This document shows positions 1-12,084 of a stretch of DNA of 64,000 nucleotides, in pieces. Positions within the stretch are counted from its first letter, which is position 1. Every line of letters begins with the position of its first letter. Source of the stretch: Octopus sinensis (Eukaryota). The position numbers were made by a program, and so were the translations under genes. The stretch lies in NCBI RefSeq assembly GCF_006345805.1, contig NC_043014.1, forward strand, positions 13,516,001-13,580,000, given 5' to 3'. The notes below the pieces were generated by a model. The model searched no databases. It saw only the letters and a program-made list of their open reading frames with translations, and was not told the origin of the DNA.

Positions 1-564
1 TGGAAGGGTTTGACCCCTCCCACCCTATACTTGATTTTTAAATCTGGTACATATTCTGCTGGTCTCTTTTGCTGAATCACTAATATATGGGGACATAAAC
101 AAACCAACACCAGTTGTCAAGTGGTGTGGTGGGGACACACTGTACATGCATACACATGACAAGCTTCCACACAGTTTCTGTCTGTCAAATTCACTCACAA
201 GACTTTGGTGGCACAGGGGCTACAGTAGAAGGTGCTTAGATTAAATAAAAGACAAAGCAGATATTGGAATTGATGTAATTGACTCCACATAAACTTTGTC
301 CTTGTACACCATTATTCATTTTTCATCCCGGCATGGGTTGGATGGTTTGACAAGAGCTGGTGAGCCACAAGACTGCAATAAACTCCAATGTCTGCTTTGA
401 TGTAGTTTCTATGACTGGATGCCCTCCCTAGCACCAATCATTGTACAGAAGGTACTGAATGCTTTTGGCACTGGCACCAGTGAGATGGTGAAATATCTTG
501 TAGGATGAGACCCCTCAACTGAAGGATGTATAGTTAGAAATCATTATTTTTAAGATTGTGTAAT

Positions 565-1075
565 CATCATCATCATCATCATCGTTTAACGTCCGTTTTC
601 CATGCTAGCATGGGTTTGACTGGGGTCTGGGAAGCCAGGAGGCTGCATCAGGCTCCAGTCTGATCTGGCAGCATTTCTACAGCTAGATACCCTTTCTAAC
701 GCAACCACTCCGTGAGTGTAGTGGGTGCTTTTTACGTGCCACCAGCACAGAAGCCAGTGCAATGTCATCATCATCATCATCGTCGTTTAACGTCCGTTCT
801 CCATGCTAGCATGGGTTGGACGGTTCGACCGGGGTTCTGGGAAGCCAGAAGGCTGCACCAGGCTCCAGTCTATTCATCATCATTTAACGTCCGTTTTTCC
901 ATGCTGGCATGGGTTGGACGGTTTGACAGAAACCAGCAAGTTGCAGGACTGCGTCAAGCTCCAGTGTCGTCTTTGGCATAAGTGGATGCCCCTCCTAACA
1001 CCAACTACTTTACAGTGTGTATTGGGTGCTTTTTTCGTGTCACCAACACTAGTGAAGTTGTCATGTACCCTGCAA
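565..1075 (-). mobile_element. Cluster of short RTE-3'-end-derived copies with (GAT)n tails
   Basis: Three successive (cat)n-gtttaacgtccg...catgctagcatgggttggac modules, equivalent to the terminus of the RTE copy at 22830. Confidence 0.75.
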
Positions 1076-1317
1076 GATATAAAAGAATAAAGGGAAAAAG
1101 GAAAGGGGCAAAAGCTTCCAAGACAAAGTGGAATTATTTGGGAGGAGAAAGTGGAGCTGGGTAGCTTTGTACCAGGGGTTGAAAGGCTAAAGTATGAATT
1201 AAAATCAGATTGTATGTTTACCTCTATTTCATATGTATGTATGTCTGTATGTAATCGTGCATATCTTTGTATATGAAGCATTTTCTGTCTTCAAATATGT
1301 TTTGTTGATCATTGTAG

Positions 1318-1409
1318 GGCCAGTTACTCCTGCAAATCATCACCAGGTTTGCTTCTGCTTATTGTAATACAATTGAAGGGACAGCTAAAAATATTGAAAC
1401 CACAGAATT
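1318..1409 (+). CDS. DNM1L: Dynamin-1-like protein (Drp1) exon, middle domain: [30 protein letters not shown](L)
   Basis: Translation matches the Drp1 motif [28 protein letters not shown]. Flanked by ttgtag and gtaagt. 92 nt, ends in phase 2 and joins the 4994 exon in frame (TT|A = Leu). Confidence 0.95.
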
Positions 1410-1842
1410 GTAAGTTGGATTTTTGAAAAAAAAAATGTCTTATAGAAAATATATCGTGTTTATATTTACAAGATGTTAATCCATGCTCAACTATGTTCAC
1501 CACTTATTGCATTTCCTTCTAACTCCATTTCTGTCCATGTGTTACTCTCCATCACATTCCTATGAACTTCTTACCAACCCATACCACTTCTCTTATATTC
1601 ATCTTCTTGTGGCTTGAGGTTGTGCTTTGACACACCTTCACCTTATCTTTATTTTCTAACTGGGATAATCATATCTTTCTAGAGTATGACTCCTGTCTGT
1701 CTATCATACTTCAATCTCTCTACACCTGGCATAAAGCTGCTACCTCTGTTAACCCAGGTTAACCCTATCGAAATTTTGAAGATAGTTATATAAATAGGGA
1801 TAATGAACATACAGAAGCATCCAGTTAACCTTTATGCCTTAC

Positions 1843-2132
1843 TGGACCAGCGTTGCCTTACTGGCACTTGTGCTGGTGTGCAGGTGACACGTAAAGAAGA
1901 AAAAAACAATTTCTTTCATGGCCGTTGCCAGTACCGCCTGACTGACCCTCATGCCAGTGGCTCGTAAAAGCACCCACTACACTCTCAGAGTGGTTGGTGT
2001 TAGGAAGGGCATCCAGCTGTAGAAACTCTGCCAGATCAAGATTGGAGCCTGGTGCAACTATCTGGTTCACCAGTCCTCAGTCAAATCGTCCAACCCATGC
2101 TAGCATGGAAAGCGGATGTTAAACGATGATGC
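1843..2132 (+). mobile_element. RTE-3'-end-derived repeat copy
   Basis: ggagtggttggtgttaggaagggcatccagctgtagaaac...ccaacccatgctagcatggaaagcggatgttaaacgatgatg. Confidence 0.75.
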
Positions 2133-2486
2133 AGTAACTAAACCGAATACAATGGTTAAATAAATACAACAAGCACTATTTTGTGTCCAGTTAACCTTTA
2201 TTGCAGTAGATAAACCAAATACAACTGTCCTTAAACGAGGACAGTGGGTTAAAATGGGTTAATACTATTCTCTGCCCAGTTGAGCAGGATCTTGTCTTGT
2301 GAGTTACTTGGTAACTTCTCATTTAAAACAAAACATCCAAGTACTCTTTGTAAAGTGGTTAGCATTAGGAGGGGCATCCAACAGTAGAAACCATCCCAAA
2401 GTAGGCATTGGAGTTTGCTGCACTCCTCTAGCTCACCTCCTATTGAACCATCCAATCCATTCTAGTGTAAAAAACACATTAAATGT

Positions 2487-2715
2487 ATTTCTTTACTGCC
2501 CACAAGGGGCTGAACATGAGGGGGCAAACAAGAACATACAAAGGGATTAAGTCGATTACATCGACCCCAGTGGGAAACTGGTACTTTATTTATTGACCCC
2601 GAAAGGATGAAAGGCAAAGTCGACCTCGGCGGAATTTGAACTCAGAACGTAACGACAAACAAAATACGGCTACGCATTTCGCCCGGCATGCTAACGTTTC
2701 TGCCAGCTCGCCGCC
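2487..2715 (-). mobile_element. tRNA-headed SINE family B (Meta-domain-like central motif)
   Basis: Reverse complement of the copy at 7241: B-box-like tgagttcaaattcc followed by gcctttcatcctttcggggtc. The Meta-domain resemblance is from recall. Confidence 0.7.
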
Positions 2716-3472
2716 ATTAAATGGTGATGATGATGATGATGATAGTTTCTTTTGGAACCTTATTGCAGTTGTAATCTTATCATCATCATCATCATCATCA
2801 TTTAATGTCCAGTTTTCCACACTGGCATAGGTTGGATGGTTTGACCAGAGCTGGCAAGCCGGAGAGCTGCACCAGATTCCAGTCTGATTTGGCATGGTTT
2901 CCATGACGGATATCCTTAACACTAACCACATTAAAGTGTGCTGGGTGCTTTTAATGTGACACTAGCAGAGGTCTCTTGCAGGCCAATATTCTTCACCAGG
3001 AGTTGCAGTCTTAATACTTCTGCCGTGGAGGACAGTTCTTTTGGAGTACAGCAAGGCGCCCTTCAAATTCATGTTATCTTTACCAAATCGTTTTCAAAGT
3101 AAGAGGTGTGAACTGTCTCACATGATTACTGTAAGTCCTAACCTCTACTAAAAGATGATCTGGGAACAAGAGGTCTTATATTATCAGTGTGACGATTAGA
3201 CGCAGCTGTCATGCTAAGGGAAGTAACTCAGTAGTGAGGTTGTTGGTGTTGGCTGTGGCAACGTTAAGGGTGATAATGGTAAATATTGAGAGATGGAAGT
3301 ATTGAGAGATGGAAGTATTGTGTTGGTTAAAGATACAATGTAAAGAAAAAAAGCTAAAACGAAACTAATGACTCAATATAGATGTATAATGGTGTGAAGC
3401 GCTCACACACACGCTGTATTTCATAACCTATAATGCAAGTTTTTTGTTGTATCAATAACAATTAGTCGTATA

Positions 3473-4368
3473 TGAGGTGGTATCAAAATATTCTTTGACT
3501 AGTTCTGTAGCCAACGGATGGCAGTACACAGTTGTATGCACAGTGAGAGCGAGCAGTGATTTTCATGAGGCAGTGTGCTGAGTGATGTCAGTGTGTTTAC
3601 TTCACGCATTGTGAAATTTGTGTTTTTGTGATCACGTGTATGCTGTTGTCTGCCATTTTCGTCATAGATAGGAAGTTGGAGCAAAGAGCCAATCTAAAAT
3701 TTTGTATTAAACTTGGGAAGTCTGCTACAGAAAGATTGAGCATGCTTCAGCAAGCTCATGACAAGATGATGGATCATACACATCACAATACATCCACAGC
3801 TCAGTGAAGAGCATGCTCATCCGTTTTTTTCAGCATCTGTGGTATTGTGCATTGAGAATTCGTGCCCCAGGGTTAGACCATTAATCAAGAGTTCACCTGC
3901 AATGTTTTGAAGTATTTGTGGGAAGACATTCGGTAAAGGTGACCAGATCTGTGGGGCACAGTGAATTGGATTCCTCGCGACGACAATGCACCCTGTCACT
4001 GAACTTGCCTCATGTAGGAGTTTCTCACCAAAAACAACATAATATCGCTTCTGCACCCACCCTATTCACCAGATTTAGCATCCGCTGACTTCCATCTCTT
4101 CCTCAAGATGAAAAGGCAGTTCAAAAGTTGCTGTTTTAACAAGAGCAAGAGCAAATTGTCCTAAACTCACAGAAAACAGCTTCCAGACTACATTCCAAAA
4201 GTGGCATGAACATTGGGACCAGACTACATTCCAAAAGTGGTAGGAACACTGGGACCTGTGTATTGCTGTGAAAGGTGACTATTTCAAAAGAGATGTTGTT
4301 AAAACTTAGATAAATAAGTTAATTTTTATGAAACATAAGTAGTCCAGGAACTTTTTGATACCACCCTG
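3473..4368 (+). mobile_element. Internally deleted mariner element with TIRs and TA TSD
   Basis: TA|tgaggtggtatcaaaa ... ttttgataccaccctg|TA. Degenerate transposase remnants (KLEQRANLKFCIKLGKSATE; DDNAPCH). Confidence 0.8.
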
Positions 4369-4859
4369 TAAAGTACTCTATGCATGATATGCATATACAA
4401 GATCATTTAACTTTTAATATATCTGCATTTTATTTGCAGCATGGAAGGTGTTCATAAGCCATTTAAGAAACATGCAAAACCGTTAGATTCACTTTAACAT
4501 TTAAATTTAATTTGTCAAAATATTTTCGCTGCTTTGAGACCGCGACCTGTTCACTGACAGTGAAGACAAGCATAAGCATATTACTATTAGGATTTCATTT
4601 TTGCTGTGATGGACTGATTTTGAGCTGAGTGTTTCGCCAATTGTCTCAGTGTTTTGTCATCTTCTCTGTGAGGGTCAGCATCTTGAGATCAGCCTTCACA
4701 TCTTCCTAGATTCTCCTCTTTCACAACTTTCACCCACTTTAAGTGATTGGGACTTTTCTTCTAAAACTACACATTCAGTGCTACCTTAGTTGGACCCTTG
4801 CAAGCATGGGAAAGTAGATGTTAGATGATCTTGATAGACAGGGTGTGAGGAGTATTTGA

Positions 4860-5165
<306 letters not shown>

Positions 5166-6242
5166 TGAATGGCCAAAACAGCATTAACTATCATTAAACT
5201 GAAACCGTTTGGGCAACATGGGCTATTGTGATAGCTTTTCATCATCATTACCATTAACATTAATTTTCCAATCTGGCATGGGTTGGATGATCCAACAGGA
5301 GCTGGTGAGTCAGGGCACTGCACTAAGTTCCAATGTCTGTCCTGGCAGGGTTTCTATAGTTGGATGATGCCCTTCTTAATGTCAACCAATTTACAGTGTG
5401 TACAGGGTGCTTTTTATGTGGCACCAGCACCGGTGAGGTCACCTGGTAACTCCCAAAACAAAACCCCTCAATAAGGGAATGTAGTATTCAGGAAGGTGGC
5501 TTTATGCCAGATGATGAGAGTTTAAGCAAAAACATAGTACTGAGCACTTAGTACTCCCACTACTCCTGTTCTTGAAGATTTCGCTGGATGGGGTACCCAA
5601 CTGGTATTATTACTCACTTCCAGTTAGGTGAACTGAAGAAGTGTAAAAGGGACTGCTTTGCTCAAGGACATGAAACCTTCCTGTCAGGAAACTGAACCCA
5701 CAAGTCACCATCATGAGCACAATAGGGCTAAGTGGATTATGGAAGGGGTTCCTTGAAACATATATCGTCATTTAATGTCTGTTTTCTGTGCTGGCATGGG
5801 TTGGACGGTTTGATCAGAACTGCCAAGCTCCAGTCTGATATTGGTTTGGTTTCTATGACTGGATGCCCTTCCTAATGCCAACCTCTTTACAGAGTATGCT
5901 AGGTCTTTTTGTATGGCACTGCACAAGTGTTTTTACATGGAACTGACACAAGTGCTTTTTATGTGGCACCAGCACATGACTTTTGCAGGCCAACCCTCTT
6001 CACCAAGGGGACTGGCCTTAACACTTCTGCTGTGGAGTACGGGTCTTCTTGAGTATAGCAAGGCATCAGGCATATCTCGTCTGGAAGGTTCAGCATCCTG
6101 AGGTTGGCCTTCAGTTCTTCAAGGATATACAAATATATTTCAAGGATTCTGCAAGAATGAAAAGATGGGGAAGTACTAGTATAGAGCATATAACTTTACA
6201 ATAGAACAAAATTTCAAAAAATAAATAGAACTTTAAAACTTC

Positions 6243-6648
6243 GGCGCAGGAGTGGCTGTGTGGTAAGTAGCTTGCTAACCAACCACATGGTTCCGGGTTC
6301 AGTCCCACTGCGTGGCATCTTGGGCAAGTGTCTTCTGCTATAGCCCCGGGCCGACCAATGCCTTGTGAGTGGATTTGGTAGACGGAAACTGAAAGAAGCC
6401 TGTCGTATATATGTATATATATATATAAGTGTGTGTGTATGTGTTTGTGTGTCTGGGTTTGTCCCCCCCAACATTGCTTGACAACCGATGCTGGTGTGTT
6501 TACGTCCCCGTCACTTAGCGGTTCAGCAAAAGAGACTGATAGAATAAGTACTGGGCTTACAAAGAATAAGTCCCGGGGTCGATTTGCTCGACTAAAGGCG
6601 GTGCTCCAGCATGGCCGCAGTCAAATGACTGAAACAAGTAAAAGAGTA
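6243..6648 (+). mobile_element. tRNA-derived CORE-like SINE family A (about 400 bp, internal TA/TG microsatellite)
   Basis: A box tggctgtgtgg, B box ggttcagtccc, cttgggcaagtg CORE-like motif, 3' end gactgaaacaagtaaaagagta. Many other copies in the window. Confidence 0.85.
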
Positions 6649-6687
6649 TATGAGGTACATGTATAAATTCCATCATTTTAAAATTAG

Positions 6688-6746
<59 letters not shown>

Positions 6747-6873
6747 AATAATTCTCAGTATATCTTTTCTAAATTTAAACATTAAAACAGTATTTCTTGT
6801 TAAACTTTCCATGAAAATCAGAAATATTAAATTTCTAAATATCTCATAGAGATATGTACGGTGGTGGAGCGAT

Positions 6874-7074
6874 AGAGTGGTTGTATACTGTCAACTTAAC
6901 GTGACATTCCTGTAAGGGAATTACACCACCGCTGTTTAACCCTAGGAAGCTTCGATGCTTCCTGTCAGCCTTGACAGGACACAGGAAATGTGTCAAGGCT
7001 GACAGGAAGCGTCGAAGCTTCCTAGGGTTAAACAGCAGTGGTGTAATTCCCTTACAGGACTGTCACGTTAAGTT
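6874..7074. repeat. Fold-back (inverted duplication) of a Penelope-pLTR/retrozyme-like repeat
   Basis: Arms of about 84 bp (6893-6976 versus 6991-7074), near-perfectly complementary. Sequence is homologous to the unit at 61762. Confidence 0.8.
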
Positions 7075-7240
7075 TCCATGAAAAGTTGACCAGTAACTTT
7101 CTAACTGACTTAGTTGAGGTGTTTTTTATATCTTCTATCTTTTATTTGTTTCTGTCATTGGTCTGCAGCCATGCTGAGGCACCACCTTGAAGGGTGAAGT
7201 TAAACAAACAGTACTTATTTTATCATTCCATTTATATAAG

Positions 7241-7478
7241 GTGGTGGAGCTGGCAGAAACGTTTGCGCGCTGGGCGACTTGCTTAACAGTTTTTCGTCTG
7301 CCGTTATGTTCTGAGTTCAAATTCCGCCGAGGTCGACTTTGCCTTTCATCCTTTCGGGGTCATTAAATTAAGTATCAGTTTCGCACTGGGGTTGATGTAA
7401 TCGAATTAATCCCTTTGTCTGTCCTTGTTTGTCCCCTCTGTGTTTAGCCCCTTGTGGGCAATAAAGAAATAAGTACTT
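7241..7478 (+). mobile_element. SINE family B copy with a probable 20-bp TSD
   Basis: agtacttattttatcattcc occurs at 7210-7229 and again at 7472-7491, flanking the element. Confidence 0.75.
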
Positions 7479-7754
7479 ATTTTATCATTCCCTTTTGCCA
7501 AACTAGTGGTAGTAGGGAACAAACATAAAGATGTGTGTGTGTGTCTCTTTCTCTCTCTCTCTATACATATATATATCATCATCATCATCGTTTAACGTTC
7601 GTTTTTCGTGCTAGCACGGGTTGGACGGTTCGACAGGGGTCTGGGAAACCAGGAGGCTGCACCAGGCTCCAGTCTGATCTGGCAGTGTTTCTACAGCTGG
7701 ATGCCCTTCCTAACGCCAACCACTCTGTGAGTGTAGTGGGTGCTTTTTACGTGC

Positions 7755-7785
<31 letters not shown>

Positions 7786-8569
7786 TTATATATATATATA
7801 TATATATATATAAAACCATTGTCATCATTTAATGTCTGCCTTCCATGCTGGCATGGGTTGAACAGTTTGACAGGAGCTGGCCAGGCAAAAGACTACACCA
7901 GGCTACTGTGTCGGTGTTGACATGATTTTTATGGCTGGATGACCTTCCTAACCCCAGCCACCCTGCAGAATGGACTGAGTGCTTTTTAGCAGGATGCCTT
8001 TCTAAATGCCAACCACTTCATGGTGTGGACTGGATTTTTATTTGCATTCTCAGCAGCTTTAGTTGCTAAACTGCGAGTTGTATAGTAATCGTCAACTTAT
8101 CGAAATTCCTTTTAATTTCCATCGTGGAAGAGGTGTGTAACTTCTGATGTTAATAAACCTGTTTTATTGCCATCTGTACAAACTGCATAAATGCTTGAAG
8201 CTTACTAAGTTCCTACACGTGGATCCCTGTATTGTACTTACCTGTGTGTGTGTGTGTGTGTATGACAGGCTTCAACCGAGTTTCTGCTTACCAAATTCAC
8301 TCACAAGGCATTGGTTAGCTCAGGGCTACAGTAGAGGACACTTGTCCAAAGTACCACACAGTAGGACTGGGCCTGAAACCACATGGTTGCAATGCGATCT
8401 TCTTAACCACAGAGCCATTCCTGCATCAATGATTTTTTCCCCATTCGATCTCTAGTGTGCTAAAAAAGCAAAATGGATTGGAGCTAATGATTCTCCAATG
8501 TGCCTTTTTTTAAAAATTCTTTTTCTTTATTTTTTAAACTTTTTTAATGTGAAATTTTAGGAATACTCT

Positions 8570-8895
8570 TTACTCTTTTACTTGTTTCAGTAATTTGACT
8601 GCGACCATGCTGGAGCACCGCCTTTAGTCGATCAAATCGACCCTGGGACTTATTCTTTGTAAGCCCAGTACTTATACTATTGGTCTCTTTTGCCGAACCG
8701 CTAAGTGACGGGGACGTAAACACACCAGCATCGGTTGTCAAGCAATGCTAGGGGGACAAACACAGACACACAAACCCACACACACATACATATATATATA
8801 TATACATATATACGACAGGCTTCTTTCAGTTTCCGTCTACCAAATCCACTCACAAGGCATTGGTTGGCCCGGGGCTATAGCAGAAGACACTTGCC
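8570..8895 (-). mobile_element. SINE family A copy, 5' truncated
   Basis: Reverse complement of the 6243 copy. Confidence 0.8.
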
Positions 8896-9202
8896 CAAGA
8901 TGCCACGCAGTGGGACTGTTGGCTGCTATTTCTAGTACCTCATTTATTTGTATGTATTAAGAGATTTTAAAGATGCTCCCTTGTCTTGTTCATGGTGGTA
9001 TTTTCGTCTGAGTTTGGGATATTTTTCCTTGTATTTTCCTAAGATTGGAATTTGAAAATCACCATTGAAAAAATTTTTGTAAAAGATGATTTATCAACAG
9101 CCTGCTTTGTCTGATACTAACCATTCATCTACTTGACACCATAATGCACATGGTGTTGATGTCATGTGTTAGACCCATACTAGAATAATAATTCCTATTA
9201 AT

Positions 9203-9496
9203 AATGTAAAGTATAAAAGCCATCTCAATATGGCTAACCACAAATTGGGGGGTGTTACTGTAGCTTTTTAGCCCCAGGAAATCATCGTCTCCAGCTGGCT
9301 TTAGACACACTTTCTGTGCCCTTGAAGTATTTGCAAAGGGAGGAAGGGATGGCCTCCCTTTGCAAATACTTCAAGGGCACAGAAAGTGTGTCTAAAGCCA
9401 GCTGGAGACGATGATCTCCTGGGGCTAAAAAGCTACAGTAACCCTCCCCCCCACTTTGTGGTTAGCCATATTGAGATGGCTTTTATACTTTACATT
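9203..9496. repeat. Near-perfect 294-bp palindrome
   Basis: 9203-9343 pairs with 9353-9496 around a 9-nt loop (aagggatgg), with few mismatches. Confidence 0.9.
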
Positions 9497-9619
9497 GTCG
9501 AGTGGTTACTGTTTACATCTCGCTCTGAGATTTAATAATGCTCCTGTTAATAATTTTTTTGTAAATTCCGTGAGTTTTAGTGACCTAGAAATAGGGAATG
9601 TATTAATAGGGTCAAATCA

Positions 9620-9800
9620 AAAACAGGAAGAGAAGAATAAAGAAAAAGAAAGAGAAAGAGAAAAGAAAGAAGAATAATAAAAAGAAAAAAAAACAGGAAG
9701 AGAAGAATAAAGAAAGAGAAAGAAAAAAGAAAGAAGAATAATAAAAAGAAAAAAAAAACAGGAAGAGAAGAATAAAGAAAGAAAGAGAGAAGAATTATAA
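9620..9800 (+). repeat. Purine-rich tandem repeat (about 68-bp unit, about 2.5 copies)
   Basis: Recurring aaacaggaagagaagaataaagaa...aagaagaataataaaaag. Confidence 0.7.
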
Positions 9801-10178
9801 AAAAAACACTGATATAGAAAAGGGAAAGTGTTCCAGTTAGTGGCCAGTGGAGAGATAAGGATGATAGAGAGAGAAAGATATTAGAGTGTAAAGAGATAGA
9901 AGGAATGAGGGGGTCATAAACAGAAAAAGTGTGTCAATTGTGTAGCAATAGTCTAAGACTCTAGACTCTATATCCTTGTTTTTCTGTTCTTTCTTTTCTT
10001 TATTCCTCTCTTCCTGTTTCTTCTCTCTAAATAATCATTAAATAAGGATTATTCACAGTAACTAAAGCGCTCCTTTAGAAACACTCCTCTCTAAGAAAAT
10101 GAAATGCAATTTTAAAAAAATGTTATGAAAACGGAAAATATATATAAAATAAATGATGTATGCAAAAAATTAGAAAAA

Positions 10179-10818
10179 GGATCTTTTCCTTTTGAACGGC
10201 AGACAATTTCTAGTTAACTAAACACTTTAAAACTTTGTATACTGGTAGAATGTGTCAAAATAAAACATTTTTTCTCTTGGCTTTCTTGAGAAAATTGTAA
10301 TTTGTTTGTTTAACATAGTTTAATTTTTCGAATTTTAACCAATCCTATGCTCTCTTTTGAGCTAAAATCATTTGCTGCGTCTAAAACTGAGACAACATCC
10401 TGTAACTAACCCTAAACCTCCCCCCTAACCCTAACCCTAAATTTTTTTTCTTAATTGTTAAATTAATTTAATTGTTACGCGTGTAAAAAAAAAACTAAAG
10501 CAATGGAATTAAATTAATTTAACAACTAAGAAAAAAAAATTAGGGTTAGGGTTAGGGGGGAGGTTTAGGGTTAGTTACAGGATGTTGTCTCAGTTTTAGA
10601 CGCAGCAAATGATTTTAGTTGAATGGAGGTAATCAATTGGTTAAAATTGCTGAAATGCTCAGATTTTCAGACAAAATATCTTACAAACTATAGAATTTTC
10701 TCAATAAAAACAAGAGAAAATGATGTTTTATAAACACATTCTTCCAGTATACGAAGTTTAAAAGTGTTTAGTTAACTAGAAATTGTGTTGACATCTGCCG
10801 TTCAAAAGGAAAAGATCC
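10179..10818. mobile_element. Long-TIR MITE (Mutator- or hAT-like) with 8-bp TSD TAGAAAAA
   Basis: Termini GGATCTTTTCCTTTTGAACGGCAG / CTGCCGTTCAAAAGGAAAAGATCC. TAGAAAAA at 10171-10178 and 10819-10826. Nearly the whole element is self-complementary. Confidence 0.85.
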
Positions 10819-11014
10819 TAGAAAAATTCATACATTTTTTAATATTTTATACTAAAAAAAGCAGAGATGGGAAACAGGCACTCGCAAAAATAAACAAACG
10901 TGTCGGACGATACAAAAGGCGGTAATTTACTTTTACCAATCAGGTATTATTAATGATGTGAGGGGCCCAACAATATTGTCTACAAATTGTAAGAAGACCA
11001 TTTCACAATCTGTT

Positions 11015-11235
11015 TACTCTTTTACTTGTTTCAGTCATTTGACTGCGGCCATGCTGGAGCACCGCCTTTAGCCGAGCATATCGACACCAGAACATTCTTT
11101 GGAAGCCTAGTACTTATTCTATCGGTATCTTTTGCCGAACCGCTAAGTTATGGGGACATAAACACACCAGCATCGGTTGTCAAGCACTGTTGGGGGTACA
11201 AACACAGGCACAGAAACATATACACACACACATTC

Positions 11236-11268
<33 letters not shown>
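11015..11268 (-). mobile_element. 3' half of a SINE family A copy, split at its (TA)n tract
   Basis: Matches the family A 3' half. The head half resumes at 13796-13997. Confidence 0.75.
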
Positions 11269-12082
11269 CAAAGAGGTAGACCCAGGAAAATCTGGGACGC
11301 AGTGGTGAAGCACGACCTTCGAACTTTAGGTCTCACCAAGGAAATGACTAGAGACCGAGACCTATGGAAGTATGCTGTGCGTGAGAAGAGACAGCAAGAC
11401 TAGTCAGGCCATAACCCGTGGCCCCTACCTGGGACGTAGTCAGTCCACCTGTGCATACCTTCCTTCTTGTGGCACTTGTGAAGACCTGTTGAGGCAAGTG
11501 AAAATCAAAAAAATTTAAAAAATCAAAAAATCAAACAAAATCAAAATAGATGAACATCAATGGAATTTGTATCCTTGTGGTACCAGTGCCGGTGGCACAC
11601 AAGAAAACCATCCGAACGTGGCCGTAGCCAGTACCGCACCGACTGGCCTCCATGCTGTGGGCACGTAACAATCACCATCCGATCGTGGCTGATCGCCAGC
11701 CTCATCTGGCTCCTGTGTCGGTGGCACATAAAAAACACCGAGCGTGGTCGTCTGCTAGCCTTGTCTGGCACCTGTGTCGGTGGCACATAAAAACACCATC
11801 CGAGCGTGGCCGTTCGCCAGCCTCGTCTGGCACTTGTGTCGGTGGCACATAAAAACACCATCCGAGCGTGGCCGTTCGCCAGCCTCGTCTGGCACCTGTG
11901 TCGATGGCACATAAAATCACCCACTACACTCTCGGAGTGGTTGGCGTTAGGAAGGGCATCAAGCTGTAGAAACACTGCCAGATCTGACTGGCCTGGTGCA
12001 GCCTTCGGGCTCCCCAGACCCCAGTTGAACCGTCCAACCCATGCTAGCATGGAAAGCGGACGTTAAATGATGATGATGATGA
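11269..12082 (+). mobile_element. 5'-truncated RTE LINE: ORF2 C-terminus plus 3'UTR with 62-bp tandem repeats and (GAT)n tail
   Basis: RGRPRKIWDAVVKHDLRTLGLTKEMTRDRDLWKYAV is a typical RTE ORF2 end. ggcac repeat starts at 11767, 11829 and 11891. Confidence 0.85.
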
Positions 12083-12084
12083 TA

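Noticed and set aside
4190-4260. 36-bp tandem duplication
   Set aside because: Local slippage inside a dead mariner; no wider significance is evident.
6243-6315. tRNA-like A and B boxes (also at 20010, 21955, 36137 and elsewhere)
   Set aside because: These are SINE heads. I could not fold a complete cloverleaf, and each continues into SINE body.
10405-10575. Telomeric repeats suggesting a chromosome end or fusion
   Set aside because: Only a few hexamers, lying inside a TSD-flanked MITE.
11575-11925. Regularly spaced repeats with a palindromic core resembling a CRISPR array
   Set aside because: The intervening sequences are themselves near-identical, so there are no unique spacers. The context is a eukaryotic LINE 3'UTR and there are no cas genes.
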